Assembly (NCBI GenBank): GCA_965371715.1
Contig: CBDUZN010000002.1
Span: forward strand, 1-45,377
DNA from: an uncultured bacterium
GTDB taxonomy: Bacteria; Hydrothermota; 32-111
Reading direction: 5' to 3'
Length of the DNA stretch: 45,377 nucleotides
Below the pieces are notes generated by a model. It saw only the letters and a program-made list of their open reading frames with translations, was not told the origin of the DNA and searched no databases. Both the position numbers and the translations under genes were made by a program. Of this stretch, positions 20,584-32,787 are shown piece after piece. How positions within the stretch are numbered: position 1 is the stretch's first letter; every line of letters begins with the position of its first letter.

Positions 20584-20772
20584 CAATCTTATTGATTGTG
20601 TGAGGGAGCTATTTAAATTTAAAAAAATAGATTTATAATATTTCATTTCAACAAGATTCTATTTTGGCGAAAGATGTAGAATAAGGGAAAATTGTGTGTT
20701 TATTAAATGAATTAGCATTGATGCACTAAATTTGCCTTATAAATAAATCTAATGATTTACTATATTTCCTTG

Positions 20773-21447
20773 CTAAAATCCTTCAATTGAAATTATACTG
20801 TATTCAATCTTATAAATTGATGTAGTCACAGCATTAAGAGTCTCTCCATATACAACTTCTTTATATGATATTTTCTTTTTAATAATGCCTCTATCGGGAT
20901 TCAACCAGAAATGTTCGTATGAATCATTCACTGTATTTCCCTCAATATATACTGTTGCTGGATACCATTTGTTATTCACTTCTATGTTTTCATTGGCATC
21001 AATAATACTATATGTTTTTCCTCGGGAAACCCATTCATTGTCATCCACAATAGGAATATAGAGCAGTATTATATCGCTAAGTACAGAAAAAACAGTATCT
21101 TCACTAATAATTATTCTATGATTGTCTTTATCGCAAATTATATGATATGTTGCTGTTGAATCATTTTCATCAGTATAATTAATACATACAATTGTATTTT
21201 CTTGATTATATGATACAGAAACAATTGTTTCCATTGCCTGATAACTTTTTCTACTATAATTATCCACTTCTATAGTATCATTTTCAAAAGTTCTATGTAA
21301 GGAATCAATAACAGAATAGGTAATTACTGCGCCTTCTTCATATTTTGGAAACCAGTCGGCAATATTATTTGTACTTTTTCCGCTATCAAAAAAAGTACAT
21401 GATATAAATATTGTGAAAATTAATAGTATGAAAATTGACTTTTTCAT
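20773..21447 (-). CDS. hypothetical lipoprotein
   Basis: MKKSIFILLIFTIFISC lipobox-like signal with GGAGG RBS. The longer track start (TTG at 21495) is the TTG of the -35 TTGACA. Confidence 0.65.
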   Translation of the reverse strand: MKKSIFILLIFTIFISCTFFDSGKSTNNIADWFPKYEEGAVITYSVIDSLHRTFENDTIEVDNYSRKSYQAMETIVSVSYNQENTIVCINYTDENDSTATYHIICDKDNHRIIISEDTVFSVLSDIILLYIPIVDDNEWVSRGKTYSIIDANENIEVNNKWYPATVYIEGNTVNDSYEHFWLNPDRGIIKKKISYKEVVYGETLNAVTTSIYKIEYSIISIEGF

Positions 21448-21466
21448 TTTACCTCCATTTGTTTTT

Positions 21467-21495
21467 ATAATAATCCTATAAAAACATAATGTCAA
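21467..21495 (-). promoter_or_regulatory. sigma70-type promoter, TTGACA-17-TATTAT
   Basis: -35 at 21495..21490 and -10 at 21472..21467 on the minus strand, about 20 nt upstream of the GGAGG-ATG at 21447. Confidence 0.5.
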
Positions 21496-21548
21496 TCATT
21501 AAAAGGTAAAAAATCATAATTTTATGGAATAATTTTACTCGCAAAAGT

Positions 21549-21737
21549 TGTAAGGGGCATCGGCGTGGCATGCCCTCTTTCTGCCTTATTCTTTCTTCTC
21601 TGTCTTTGCGAGCGAAGCGCGACAATCTCTGTGGTAGGATATACACTCTTAATATTTCTTTGTATTCTTCTTTCTTTTTCTTTCCTCTCTTTCCTTTCTT
21701 TTCTAGCGTACCAGAAACCAGCGTACAAGCGTACTTC
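21549..21737. repeat. mosaic GC-rich intergenic repeat (hairpin + GTCTTTGCGAGCGAAG..GACAATCTC + polypyrimidine tract + AGCGTAC heptamers)
   Basis: Modules are shared with 30916-31255, 36014-36197 and 42312-42610. The three ORFs on the track here (21522..21728, 21565..21855, 21570..21755) are low-complexity read-throughs of the repeat. Confidence 0.75.
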
Positions 21738-22208
21738 TTATTCTTCCGATGTTAATGCCTTTTCAATTTTCTGTTGTATTGCTGTATTTTTCTTATCAAT
21801 TAATGAGGCAGCAACCCAATCAAATTCATCCGAACTCATACCTATTTTTATATAAATATTGCTTTCTGTCTTTTCCCATTCTTTTATAATATTATCCCAT
21901 TCTTCCATTGCTTTTTTATTTGTTTCTAATTTAACAATTTCTTCTTTTCCGGAAATATCATACTTACTATAAAATTTCTGCATAATATCTACCTGTTCCC
22001 AAATTGCCTCATTAAGTGCTTTTGCAACTAATATATATTTGTCTGCTTGCTGTTCTGCAATAAGCCCATTTACCGGAGGATTAAACTTATTTTCAGTAAT
22101 TTCAACAACTGATTCACCTAATTGGGTTCTTTCTGCATTACCACTGGGTTGACATCCTGCTACAAAGACAATTAACACAATAATTAATAATGGAATATAT
22201 TTTTTCAT
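21738..22208 (-). CDS. hypothetical lipoprotein
   Basis: Signal with lipobox (VFVAGC) and AGGAGG RBS. Immediately downstream of atpD. Confidence 0.65.
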   Translation of the reverse strand: MKKYIPLLIIVLIVFVAGCQPSGNAERTQLGESVVEITENKFNPPVNGLIAEQQADKYILVAKALNEAIWEQVDIMQKFYSKYDISGKEEIVKLETNKKAMEEWDNIIKEWEKTESNIYIKIGMSSDEFDWVAASLIDKKNTAIQQKIEKALTSEE

Positions 22209-22260
22209 TATTCCTCCTGGTTCTTGTTTAGTAAATTATTAAATAAAAAAAGGAGCATTA

Positions 22261-22881
22261 TCAATGATCCCTTATAATATCTTTTACTTTCATTAATCGA
22301 GTAAGATTGGAGCGTTCCATTTCAGCAAGTTTCATAACTATAAATTTAATAGTTTCTTCCAAATTAGGAATGAGCTTGTATTCCAATGCATTCACTCTTC
22401 TTCTTGTTTTATCAATTTCATCAGCTAACAATTGAACTGTTTTTTCTTTTTCTGCTAATATTAATAATGACTCAAAAAATTTATCAAATTTCATTAATGC
22501 AACATCCATTTCGCCTGAAGTATTTAAATATCCATAACAAATAATACTACCCTCTACTTCTCTCTTGAAAATTGGAACCTTTACTGACATTAGGTTTTTT
22601 TCTTCCACACTAACAGATACCTTTTTTTGTGGCAAAGAAAGTGCTTCATCCATTTCAAGAGGTTCCATTTCCGCTTTTGCCAAAGTGAATCCTCTTAGTA
22701 TTGATTGGAATTCTGATTCAATGGAAATACGCAAATCCTTCACTTCATTTATAAGCAGCATCATTTGTCTCATTAATTCATCTTGTTTGTCCCTTAATAG
22801 CTTATGTCCGCGTTTTGCTATTTTGATACGCTTCTTTAAACGAAGTAATTCCATTCTTGTTGCATTAACATTGAGTATCAT
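22261..22881 (-). CDS. atpD: V-type ATPase subunit D
   Basis: N-terminus NATRMELLRLKKRIKIAKRGHKLLRDKQDEL and a coiled-coil central stalk. Last gene of the ntp-like operon. Confidence 0.9.
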   Translation of the reverse strand: MILNVNATRMELLRLKKRIKIAKRGHKLLRDKQDELMRQMMLLINEVKDLRISIESEFQSILRGFTLAKAEMEPLEMDEALSLPQKKVSVSVEEKNLMSVKVPIFKREVEGSIICYGYLNTSGEMDVALMKFDKFFESLLILAEKEKTVQLLADEIDKTRRRVNALEYKLIPNLEETIKFIVMKLAEMERSNLTRLMKVKDIIRDH

Positions 22882-24287
22882 TATTTATCCTCTTTTTCAA
22901 CCTTTTCATTTTCTTTAATTTTTTCTAAATATTTATCAAGATACTCATCTCTTATTCTCTTTAATTCCTCTCTTGGAAAAACCGATAGTAATTTCCAGCT
23001 TAAATCAAGCGTCTGCTCAATTGTTCTGTTTTCATATTCTCCCTGAGAAATATATTCCTCTTCAAATGCACTTGCGAATTGCAAATATATCTTATCCATA
23101 TCCGATAATGCCGCTTCACCAAGAATCACTGCTAATTCCTCAACCTCTTTGCCCCTTGCATAAGAAGCATAAAGTTGATTAAATATATCAGCATGATCTT
23201 CTCTTGTTTTTCCCTTTCCAATACCCTTATCTTTTAATCTTGATAATGATGGAAGTACATCTGTTGGAGGCGATATTTTCTTTTTATGAAGGGACCTTGA
23301 AAGAATAATTTGTCCTTCGGTAATATAGCCCGTCAAATCAGGGATAGGATGCGTTTTGTCATCTTCCGGCATTGTAAGGATAGGGATCATTGTTATTGAT
23401 CCACTTTTCCCTTTTATTTTTCCTGCTCTTTCATAAATTGTTGATAAATCAGTATAAAGATATCCGGGATATCCTCTTCTTCCCGGTATCTCTTTTCTTG
23501 CTGCCGAGACCTCTCTTAATGCCTCACAATAATTTGTAATATCTGTTAAAATCACAAGAACATGCATATCTTTTTCAAAAGCAAGATATTCTGCACAGGT
23601 TAAGGCAACCCTTGGTGTAGCAATTCTTTCAATTGCAGGATCATTAGCAAGATTTAAGAATAATACAGCTCTGTTAATTGCTCCTGTTTTCGTAAAATCA
23701 TTTATAAAATATTCTGATTCTTCAAATGTAATGCCCATTGCTCCAAAAACAACAGCAAATGATTCTTCCGATTTCCGTACAACTGCCTGTCTGGCAATCT
23801 GCGCAGCCATTTTATTATGCGGAAGACCTGAGCCGGAAAATATAGGTAGTTTTTGTCCTCTTACAAGCGTATTTAATCCATCAATTGATGAAATTCCTGT
23901 TTGTATAAATTCATCGGGATAATTCCTTGCATAAGGATTTATAGGAGCGCCATTTATATCCTTACTCTTTTCAGCAATGATTCTATCCTTATCGGTTTTG
24001 GGTTTGCCAAGTCCGGTAAAAACCTTTCCAAGTATATCTTTGGATAACTCCAGTTCAATTCCTCGTCCCAGAAATCTCACTTTTGTTTTCTCAACATCAA
24101 TACCTGTTGTTCCCTCAAAAACCTGCACCAATGCCTTATCATTATTAACTTCAAGCACCTTTCCTGTTCTTTTTGTATTATCTGCAAGGCGAATCTCAAC
24201 CAGTTCTTCATACTTTACACCTTCAACACCTTCAACTAACATAAGGGGTCCCGAAATGTTTATAATGCTGTTATATTCTTTAAGCAT
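22881..24287 (-). CDS. atpB: V-type ATPase subunit B
   Basis: Non-catalytic B-subunit blocks seen: [43 protein letters not shown]. Confidence 0.95.
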   Translation of the reverse strand: MLKEYNSIINISGPLMLVEGVEGVKYEELVEIRLADNTKRTGKVLEVNNDKALVQVFEGTTGIDVEKTKVRFLGRGIELELSKDILGKVFTGLGKPKTDKDRIIAEKSKDINGAPINPYARNYPDEFIQTGISSIDGLNTLVRGQKLPIFSGSGLPHNKMAAQIARQAVVRKSEESFAVVFGAMGITFEESEYFINDFTKTGAINRAVLFLNLANDPAIERIATPRVALTCAEYLAFEKDMHVLVILTDITNYCEALREVSAARKEIPGRRGYPGYLYTDLSTIYERAGKIKGKSGSITMIPILTMPEDDKTHPIPDLTGYITEGQIILSRSLHKKKISPPTDVLPSLSRLKDKGIGKGKTREDHADIFNQLYASYARGKEVEELAVILGEAALSDMDKIYLQFASAFEEEYISQGEYENRTIEQTLDLSWKLLSVFPREELKRIRDEYLDKYLEKIKENEKVEKEDK

Positions 24288-24289
24288 AA

Positions 24290-26059
24290 TTACTCCTGAT
24301 TTGATTCTTGTGTCAATTTTTTGAATTCTTCATCAATATCCTTAATTACATTATCAATAAGTTCAATGTTTTTATTATCAGTATATTTCATTCTTGCTAT
24401 TTTATCTCTCACCTTCATCTTTTCTATATCATCAATTTTTACATTTTTCTGCAAATGTTCCTTTGCAGTAGTAAATAGATAGTCAATAACACACATCATT
24501 TTATACTGCTTTTCAATTGGAGAATATGTGTCAACTTCATGAAATGCATTCTGATGGAGAAAATCCTCTCTATACATTTTTGCAGTTAATAGAATCAATC
24601 TATCTGTTCCTGAAAGAGAGTCCACTCCAACAAGACGAACAATTTCTTCAAGTTCGGATTCTTCTTCTAATATTCTCATTGCCTTTGATTGTAAATCAAA
24701 GAAATCCTCAGCAACCAACTTTTTAACACCTTCTCTTATATTGTCAATATATAATGAATATGAATTCAACCAGGATATTGCAGGGAAATGTCTTCTATAG
24801 GCAAGACTTGCTTCAAGAGACCAAAATACCTTAACAACCCTAAGTGTTGCCTGAACAACCGGATCGGAGAAATCACCGCCCGGAGGAGATACTGCTCCTA
24901 TTACAGATAATGCTCCCTCTTTTTCTTTATCAGAAGAAAGTGTTATCACTCTACCTGCTCTTTCATAAAAAGAAGCTATTCTTGCACCAAGATAGGCAGG
25001 ATAACCCTCTTCTCCCGGCATTTCTTCAAGTCGTCCAGATATTTCTCTCATTGCTTCTGCCCATCTTGATGTACTGTCAGCCATAAGAGCAACCGAATAA
25101 CCCATATCTCTAAAATATTCAGCAATGGTTATACCCGTATAAACAGATGCTTCCCTTGCTGCAACAGGCATATTAGATGTATTTGCAATAAGTACTGTTT
25201 TTTTCATAAGTGGTTCGCCCGACTTTGGGTCAATAAGTTCAGGAAACTCCAATAACACATCTGTCATTTCGTTTCCTCTTTCACCGCAACCAATATAAAC
25301 AACTATTTCTGCATCAGCCCATTTTGCTAATTGATGCTGAATAACTGTTTTTCCTGAACCAAATGGTCCTGGTACACAGGCAGTTCCACCTTTTGCAATT
25401 GGGAAAAACATATCAATTACTCGTTGACCTGTAATTAACGGCATTTCAGGTGGTAATTTTTTTGCATATGGTCTTGGCTTTCTTACAGGCCATTTCTGCA
25501 TCATCTGTATTTTATAGTCCTTCTTTTCTGATTTTACTATTGCAATGGTTTCTTCAATTGTAAATTTACCTTTTTCAATGGATTTGATCTTCCCTGATAT
25601 TCCGGGAGGTATCATTATATAATGCTTAACAAGCTTTGTTTCCTGTACAAAACCTATTGTATCTCCTTCCTGTATATTGTCGCCTTTTTTAACACTTGGA
25701 TTGAAGTTCCATTTCTTTTCCATATTTAATGGAGAAACACTTACACCTCTTGGAATAAAATCGCCAGCCTTTTCATATATCAAATCAAGGGGTCTTTGAA
25801 CTCCATCATAAATGGATTCAATAAGTCCGGGACCCAAGATTACCGAAAGGGGCTCTCCTGATAGATACACAGGTTCTCCCACTCCTATACCGGCTGTTTC
25901 TTCATATACCTGAATATATGCTCTATCTCCATCCAATTCTATTATTTCACCCATTAATTTATGTTTTGAAACATAAACAACATCGTACATTTTAGCGCCG
26001 GTCATATTGTCTGCAATTACGAGTGGTCCTGCAACCTTTGTGATTTTTCCCGTTTTCAT
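24290..26059 (-). CDS. atpA: V-type ATPase catalytic subunit A
   Basis: Walker [30 protein letters not shown] and the non-homologous-region insert typical of A subunits. Confidence 0.97.
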   Translation of the reverse strand: MKTGKITKVAGPLVIADNMTGAKMYDVVYVSKHKLMGEIIELDGDRAYIQVYEETAGIGVGEPVYLSGEPLSVILGPGLIESIYDGVQRPLDLIYEKAGDFIPRGVSVSPLNMEKKWNFNPSVKKGDNIQEGDTIGFVQETKLVKHYIMIPPGISGKIKSIEKGKFTIEETIAIVKSEKKDYKIQMMQKWPVRKPRPYAKKLPPEMPLITGQRVIDMFFPIAKGGTACVPGPFGSGKTVIQHQLAKWADAEIVVYIGCGERGNEMTDVLLEFPELIDPKSGEPLMKKTVLIANTSNMPVAAREASVYTGITIAEYFRDMGYSVALMADSTSRWAEAMREISGRLEEMPGEEGYPAYLGARIASFYERAGRVITLSSDKEKEGALSVIGAVSPPGGDFSDPVVQATLRVVKVFWSLEASLAYRRHFPAISWLNSYSLYIDNIREGVKKLVAEDFFDLQSKAMRILEEESELEEIVRLVGVDSLSGTDRLILLTAKMYREDFLHQNAFHEVDTYSPIEKQYKMMCVIDYLFTTAKEHLQKNVKIDDIEKMKVRDKIARMKYTDNKNIELIDNVIKDIDEEFKKLTQESNQE

Positions 26060-26076
26060 CGCTTCTCCTATTTTTT

Positions 26077-26394
26077 TTAAGATATTATATCTGCGCCAAC
26101 AGCTTTAATGATTGCCTGCCTTAATCTATTGATTGCATAATCATTTTTTTCCCCAATACCGGGAATAACCATTATTGACGGTAACATTTTTTCAGAATAT
26201 TCTCTTATTGTTGAATCAATTTTTGATGCAAAATTATCAGTAATAAAAATAATTCCATAATTCTTTTTAGCAATTTTTTTCAATGTATCTCTTGCCTGTT
26301 CTGCATTTATTACAGGGAAAATATCTGCTCCTACTGCCTTAAAGATTAACATTACATCATTTTCGCCAATTGCACCGATTTTTACATTTTTCAT
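26077..26394 (-). CDS. atpF: V-type ATPase subunit F
   Basis: 105 aa with [22 protein letters not shown]...IIFITDNFA. Positioned between C and A. Confidence 0.85.
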   Translation of the reverse strand: MKNVKIGAIGENDVMLIFKAVGADIFPVINAEQARDTLKKIAKKNYGIIFITDNFASKIDSTIREYSEKMLPSIMVIPGIGEKNDYAINRLRQAIIKAVGADIIS

Positions 26395-27407
26395 AAAGCA
26401 AGTATCCTATTTCTTATTCTTTCTTTATCAATTGAATATGTGGCTCCTATTAATGCAATATTAAGGTTTTTCATTTCAATGCGTTTTCTCAAAACAAAAT
26501 AAACCACTTTTTCAAGATTAGCAACAGAGTATTTTACATGTTCAAAGAAATTCAGAACAAACTCGTCCTCATTTCTTTCAAATGCCGAGAATGTATCTTT
26601 CTGCTGGAACAAATGTGTTCCCTGAAAGATCATTTTCGAATACGGTGTTTTTTCAATACTTTGAATAAAATAATCCGTTGATTCCTTTTCATATTTTATT
26701 AATTCCTTTTTTTCAAGGAATCCATTTTCATAAAGAAATACGGTATATGGAATTTTGTCTTTAAGTAATTTCACTCTATATATATTTTTTATATTATACA
26801 TATCTATTGTATGTTTTAAAAGATCAACAAGCATTTCGCTGCCCATTGAAGAAAAATGTTCATAGATTTTATTAAGATAAAATCTTTCAAGTAATAGTTC
26901 CCTTGTTCTCTGATTTTTCTCAATACCTATTGTATATTTTGCATAATTAAGAATTTCTTGTGTCTCCTTATCAATCTTATCATATTTCCCGCTTTCATAT
27001 GCCTCTTTAAGATCCTGATAGGAATATGAAAAAGCATGAAAAATATTTGAAAAATCCTTTTCTGTTATGGATGCCTTCATTATAATTTTAATATTCTGCA
27101 TATCCAGTCTAAGCAAGTAGAATTCGGTAAGCGGTTCATGTTTCTTTTTTAAAAAACTTCTCAGTAGATTCATAATGTTTGAATGCTCTTCTGTCATTGC
27201 ACTTTCTAAATTACCTGTTTTTTCAATTATTGGAATATATTTGGAATAATGTGTTTCCTGTAAAATCTTCAAAAAATCCTTCGCTGAATCTGCATTTATT
27301 AATCGTTCCCATCTCTGCTTATCAATAAATTCTTTTTCCCTTTCTGTTAAAAGGGCACATATATAAAGATAATATGAATCATCATTTATATCATAATCCT
27401 TGAACAA
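26391..27407 (-). CDS. atpC: V-type ATPase subunit C (d)
   Basis: 338-aa all-helical protein in the canonical slot between E and F. Confidence 0.8.
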   Translation of the reverse strand: MFKDYDINDDSYYLYICALLTEREKEFIDKQRWERLINADSAKDFLKILQETHYSKYIPIIEKTGNLESAMTEEHSNIMNLLRSFLKKKHEPLTEFYLLRLDMQNIKIIMKASITEKDFSNIFHAFSYSYQDLKEAYESGKYDKIDKETQEILNYAKYTIGIEKNQRTRELLLERFYLNKIYEHFSSMGSEMLVDLLKHTIDMYNIKNIYRVKLLKDKIPYTVFLYENGFLEKKELIKYEKESTDYFIQSIEKTPYSKMIFQGTHLFQQKDTFSAFERNEDEFVLNFFEHVKYSVANLEKVVYFVLRKRIEMKNLNIALIGATYSIDKERIRNRILAL

Positions 27408-27995
27408 TCATTCCTCCTTCGGGAATAGAATAGATGCCAATTCAATTCTGAATTCATCAACTGATGATGTAAAATAATCATAGGGAGATAAATTATAACT
27501 TGCCTTGCCGGATACTATTTTAACACCAAACTCAAAGTCCGCCTTTTCTTTGCTTTCTTTAATAGCAGTTTTCATTTTTTTTGCTATAGATACAATATTT
27601 TTTGCATTTATATTTTTATCCCTTTTTCCTATTAGTACTTCACCCTTTTTTATTTCACTCTTTTTAAGCATTTTTTCAATAAATGATTTATACTTTTTTG
27701 CTTCCGGCTTAAGAAGTTGCCCTGATGCCTTTTCAATTATTGAATCAATAATATTGATTTTGTATTCAAGGATTTTTTGATTCATTTCTGAATACACTTT
27801 AAGTAGTTCTGTTTCATAAATATCTTTTTTTCTTATAATTGCAATCTTTTTTGTATCTTTTATGCTGTCATCTTTTTCTTTTTTTGCCTCATTTATTAAT
27901 ATATCTGCCTTTTCTTTTGCTGCATTAATGATGTTTTCTTTTTCAATGTCAGCATCATTTAATATCTTATTAGCTACATTGCTGATATGGGACAT
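27408..27995 (-). CDS. atpE: V-type ATPase subunit E
   Basis: 195 aa with a long charged N-terminal helix and a globular C-terminus, in the canonical position. Confidence 0.8.
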   Translation of the reverse strand: MSHISNVANKILNDADIEKENIINAAKEKADILINEAKKEKDDSIKDTKKIAIIRKKDIYETELLKVYSEMNQKILEYKINIIDSIIEKASGQLLKPEAKKYKSFIEKMLKKSEIKKGEVLIGKRDKNINAKNIVSIAKKMKTAIKESKEKADFEFGVKIVSGKASYNLSPYDYFTSSVDEFRIELASILFPKEE

Positions 27996-28005
27996 ACTGC
28001 TTTCC

Positions 28006-30532
<2,527 letters not shown>

Positions 30533-30533
<1 letters not shown>

Positions 30534-30859
30534 TATTCATAAACCTTTTTTATAATATAATTCAATGCTTCCTTTTCTTTTTTAGCAGAAAATTCTTTTA
30601 CTTTCTTTATTTTACTATCATATTCTTTCTCTATTTTCCCTCTTTTCTTTTCTGCATCTGCTATTGCACTATTTTCTGCTTTGCTTAAAATTACCTTTGT
30701 TTCATTCTCTATTGATTTTCTAATCTCTTTTGCCTTCACATTGGCATTATCAATTATTTTATCAGAGTCCTTCCTGGCTGATGCTATTATTCCTTTTGCT
30801 TTTTCTTCTGCTTCCTTTATCTCATTAATAATATTTTTTACCACAGCCATCTCCTTCAT
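30533..30859 (-). CDS. V-type ATPase small peripheral-stalk subunit (G/H-like, NtpF-like position)
   Basis: 108-aa single charged helix (A/E/K-rich). First gene of the operon, overlapping atpI by 1 nt. Confidence 0.7.
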
Positions 30860-30874
30860 TTATTTTAAAAAATA

Positions 30875-30902
30875 ATTATAAACAATATACTAATTATGTC
30901 AA
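30875..30902 (-). promoter_or_regulatory. sigma70-type promoter, TTGACA-16-TATAAT (V-ATPase operon)
   Basis: -35 at 30902..30897 and -10 at 30880..30875 on the minus strand, 15 nt upstream of the first ATG at 30859. Confidence 0.5.
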
Positions 30903-30915
30903 TATAAGATTTATT

Positions 30916-31255
30916 GTGTCCTTGCGAATCCGTCTTTCGCGGATGCGGAAATCTCCTTATTGACCCCCATTTCTTTTCGTAGGGGCAGACCTGTGTGTCT
31001 GCCCATATTATACCGTAGGGTTTATTCCGTGTAATCTGAGGAATAAATTACGCATTGGTAGGGGCAATGCCCCCGTGCTTGCCCATCTTTATTATTCTGA
31101 ATAATTCAAAGAATCTATTAATCTTTGGAATCCAGTATTTTTCTTCTTTTCCGGGTCATCCCGTACTTGATACGGGATCCAGTATTCTCGTTCTTTCTTT
31201 TCTTTGCTAGCGTACCAGCAACAAGCGTACTAGACACTTCTTCTTGTACCCCCCC
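30916..31255. repeat. mosaic GC-rich intergenic repeat block (several hairpin modules)
   Basis: Hairpins at 30983..31004 (GGGCAGAC/GTCTGCCC), 31021..31047 (TTTATTCC/GGAATAAA), 31058..31086 (GTAGGGGC..GCCCAT) and 31158..31178 (ATCCCGTA-cttga-TACGGGAT). A polypyrimidine tract and AGCGTAC heptamers follow at 31190..31250. Confidence 0.8.
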
Positions 31256-32029
31256 CTATCCAATTGTTCTTACAAAATCAGGAAACATTTCAATCATTTT
31301 TGAATCTTTTGGTTTTATAAGAAATATTTCTATTTCTTTTTGAAGTTTCTTTAAATCAATGCTTTTACATTTTTCTAATAATATTGATTTCAAGGCATTA
31401 TTATTTTCAATTCCATTTGTAAGTTTAAGATATCCATATTCAGGTTGTGTAAATGAAAACATATAAATAATATCATAAATATCTCTTGCTTTTGTGCGTT
31501 TTCTATTTAGAAAAGCAGAAATCTTTTGTGAAAGCAGTATATTTTGAGGAACTACATATATTCTTGTTAAAATGGAAAATCTATTTAAAAGATAATCAGT
31601 GGCAATATATGTATATGGCTGCCGTTCAGCATCAAGCTGTATCAATATTTTTTCCTTATCATAGCCAGACAAATTGTAATCAAACAAGAGTTTCGGGAAT
31701 CTTATATAACATCTAAAAGCATTTTTTGATACAACTTTTATTTCAATAACAAATCCTTCCAATTCAAGTTCATCTCGAATTATTTCTGTTAATTGTTCAA
31801 ATTCATTAAAGGAAATATCTCTACTATCAAAATCAATATCTTCGGAAAATCTTTGAGAATTATGAATTACTCGGATTGCTGTTCCACCCATAAAAACAAT
31901 CCTGTTTGAAAATTTACTATTAAATATTATATCAAGAATCTTGTATTGAAGATATTCTCTGAGAAGTTGCTTTTTATAAACATGCATATTTTCCGGATAA
32001 AACTTTTCTATTTCCTTAATACTAAGCAT
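31256..32029 (-). CDS. abiEii: AbiEii/AbiGii-family nucleotidyltransferase toxin (type IV TA)
   Basis: MGGTAIRVIHNSQRFSEDIDFD nucleotidyltransferase motif. Overlaps the upstream antitoxin gene by 8 nt. Confidence 0.85.
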   Translation of the reverse strand: MLSIKEIEKFYPENMHVYKKQLLREYLQYKILDIIFNSKFSNRIVFMGGTAIRVIHNSQRFSEDIDFDSRDISFNEFEQLTEIIRDELELEGFVIEIKVVSKNAFRCYIRFPKLLFDYNLSGYDKEKILIQLDAERQPYTYIATDYLLNRFSILTRIYVVPQNILLSQKISAFLNRKRTKARDIYDIIYMFSFTQPEYGYLKLTNGIENNNALKSILLEKCKSIDLKKLQKEIEIFLIKPKDSKMIEMFPDFVRTIG

Positions 32030-32639
32030 TATTCATCACCTCCATTAAAGAATGAACACATCTACTTACTCTTTTGTTATTAATCATATTTATAAAACTA
32101 TTTAATGTATCCATTTTTATGAGTTCATAAAATACTTCAGGATTTATCCGTATTCCAACAATATCTTGCTTTGTCTTAATATCAGAATTAAAATAAAAAT
32201 AATCCACCAATGCCTTTTCAGCAGAAGCAATTTTCCAGCAAATTCCTTCAGTATGCTCTATATTATACCCAAAAAAGTATTTCTTTAAAATCCTTCTATA
32301 ATTAAAATTACCTATTGGCGTATTAAATGTTGCTGTTTTTCTCGTTGATACAGATAAAATCATATAAGGTTGTTCAGGAATAAGACCATAATAACTTAAA
32401 GCACTTTCAAGCGAAACATATGAATGTCTATATATTTTATTAGCAATTTCATAAAGCATATTTTCATTTAATTCGGACTCGGTAAAAATATAATGCCCAT
32501 TAATGATTTTTGTTATATAACCCTTTTCTTGCCATTCATAAAGTCGCCTTGCATCAAAATTCGGTTCAATCTTACGAATTTCAATAAGATTAAATACTGC
32601 TATTCTTTTCAATGCTTTTCTAAACTCAATATACTTCAT
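32022..32639 (-). CDS. abiEi: AbiEi-family antitoxin / transcriptional regulator (type IV TA)
   Basis: N-terminal wHTH (LYEWQEKGYITKIINGHYIF) and C-terminal SLESALSYYGLIPEQP block, paired with abiEii. Confidence 0.8.
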   Translation of the reverse strand: MKYIEFRKALKRIAVFNLIEIRKIEPNFDARRLYEWQEKGYITKIINGHYIFTESELNENMLYEIANKIYRHSYVSLESALSYYGLIPEQPYMILSVSTRKTATFNTPIGNFNYRRILKKYFFGYNIEHTEGICWKIASAEKALVDYFYFNSDIKTKQDIVGIRINPEVFYELIKMDTLNSFINMINNKRVSRCVHSLMEVMNNA

Positions 32640-32658
32640 ATATTTCCTTTTTTAGTTA

Positions 32659-32687
32659 TTTATAACATAATTTAGAAATATTTTCAA
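32659..32687 (-). promoter_or_regulatory. sigma70-type promoter, TTGAAA-17-TATAAA (abiE operon)
   Basis: -35 at 32687..32682 and -10 at 32664..32659 on the minus strand, 20 nt upstream of the ATG at 32639. Confidence 0.45.
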
Positions 32688-32698
32688 GTGTTTTGTGT

Positions 32699-32787
32699 CC
32701 CCACCCTGAGCATAGCCGAAGGGTCAGCGTACCAATTGCCAGTTACTTCTCCAAATTTTTCTACTTTTTCAAGCACCGTCCCCTGAA
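32699..32787. repeat. mosaic GC-rich repeat (CCCTGAGC..GCCGAAGGGT + AGCGTACC..CCAGTTACTTCT + TTCTCCAAATTTTTCTACTTTTTCAAGCACCGTCCC)
   Basis: The last module is near-identical to 42551..42586 and supplies the final codons and stop of the 32769 gene. Confidence 0.8.

Noticed and set aside
21448-21495. Longer N-terminal extensions proposed by the track (TTG 21495; also ATG 20345, ATG 35968, TTG 34821, ATG 3965, ATG 38318)
   Set aside because: The extensions would include predicted -35/-10 boxes or overlap the upstream gene extensively. Internal ATGs have SD sites, signal peptides or agreement with paralogue N-termini.
21522-21855. Three overlapping ORFs on the track (68, 96 and 61 aa), rich in K/E/R or L/S/F
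   Set aside because: They are translations of the polypurine/polypyrimidine tract and GC-rich repeat modules on both strands. They have no RBS, are low complexity and the same DNA recurs in non-coding positions elsewhere.
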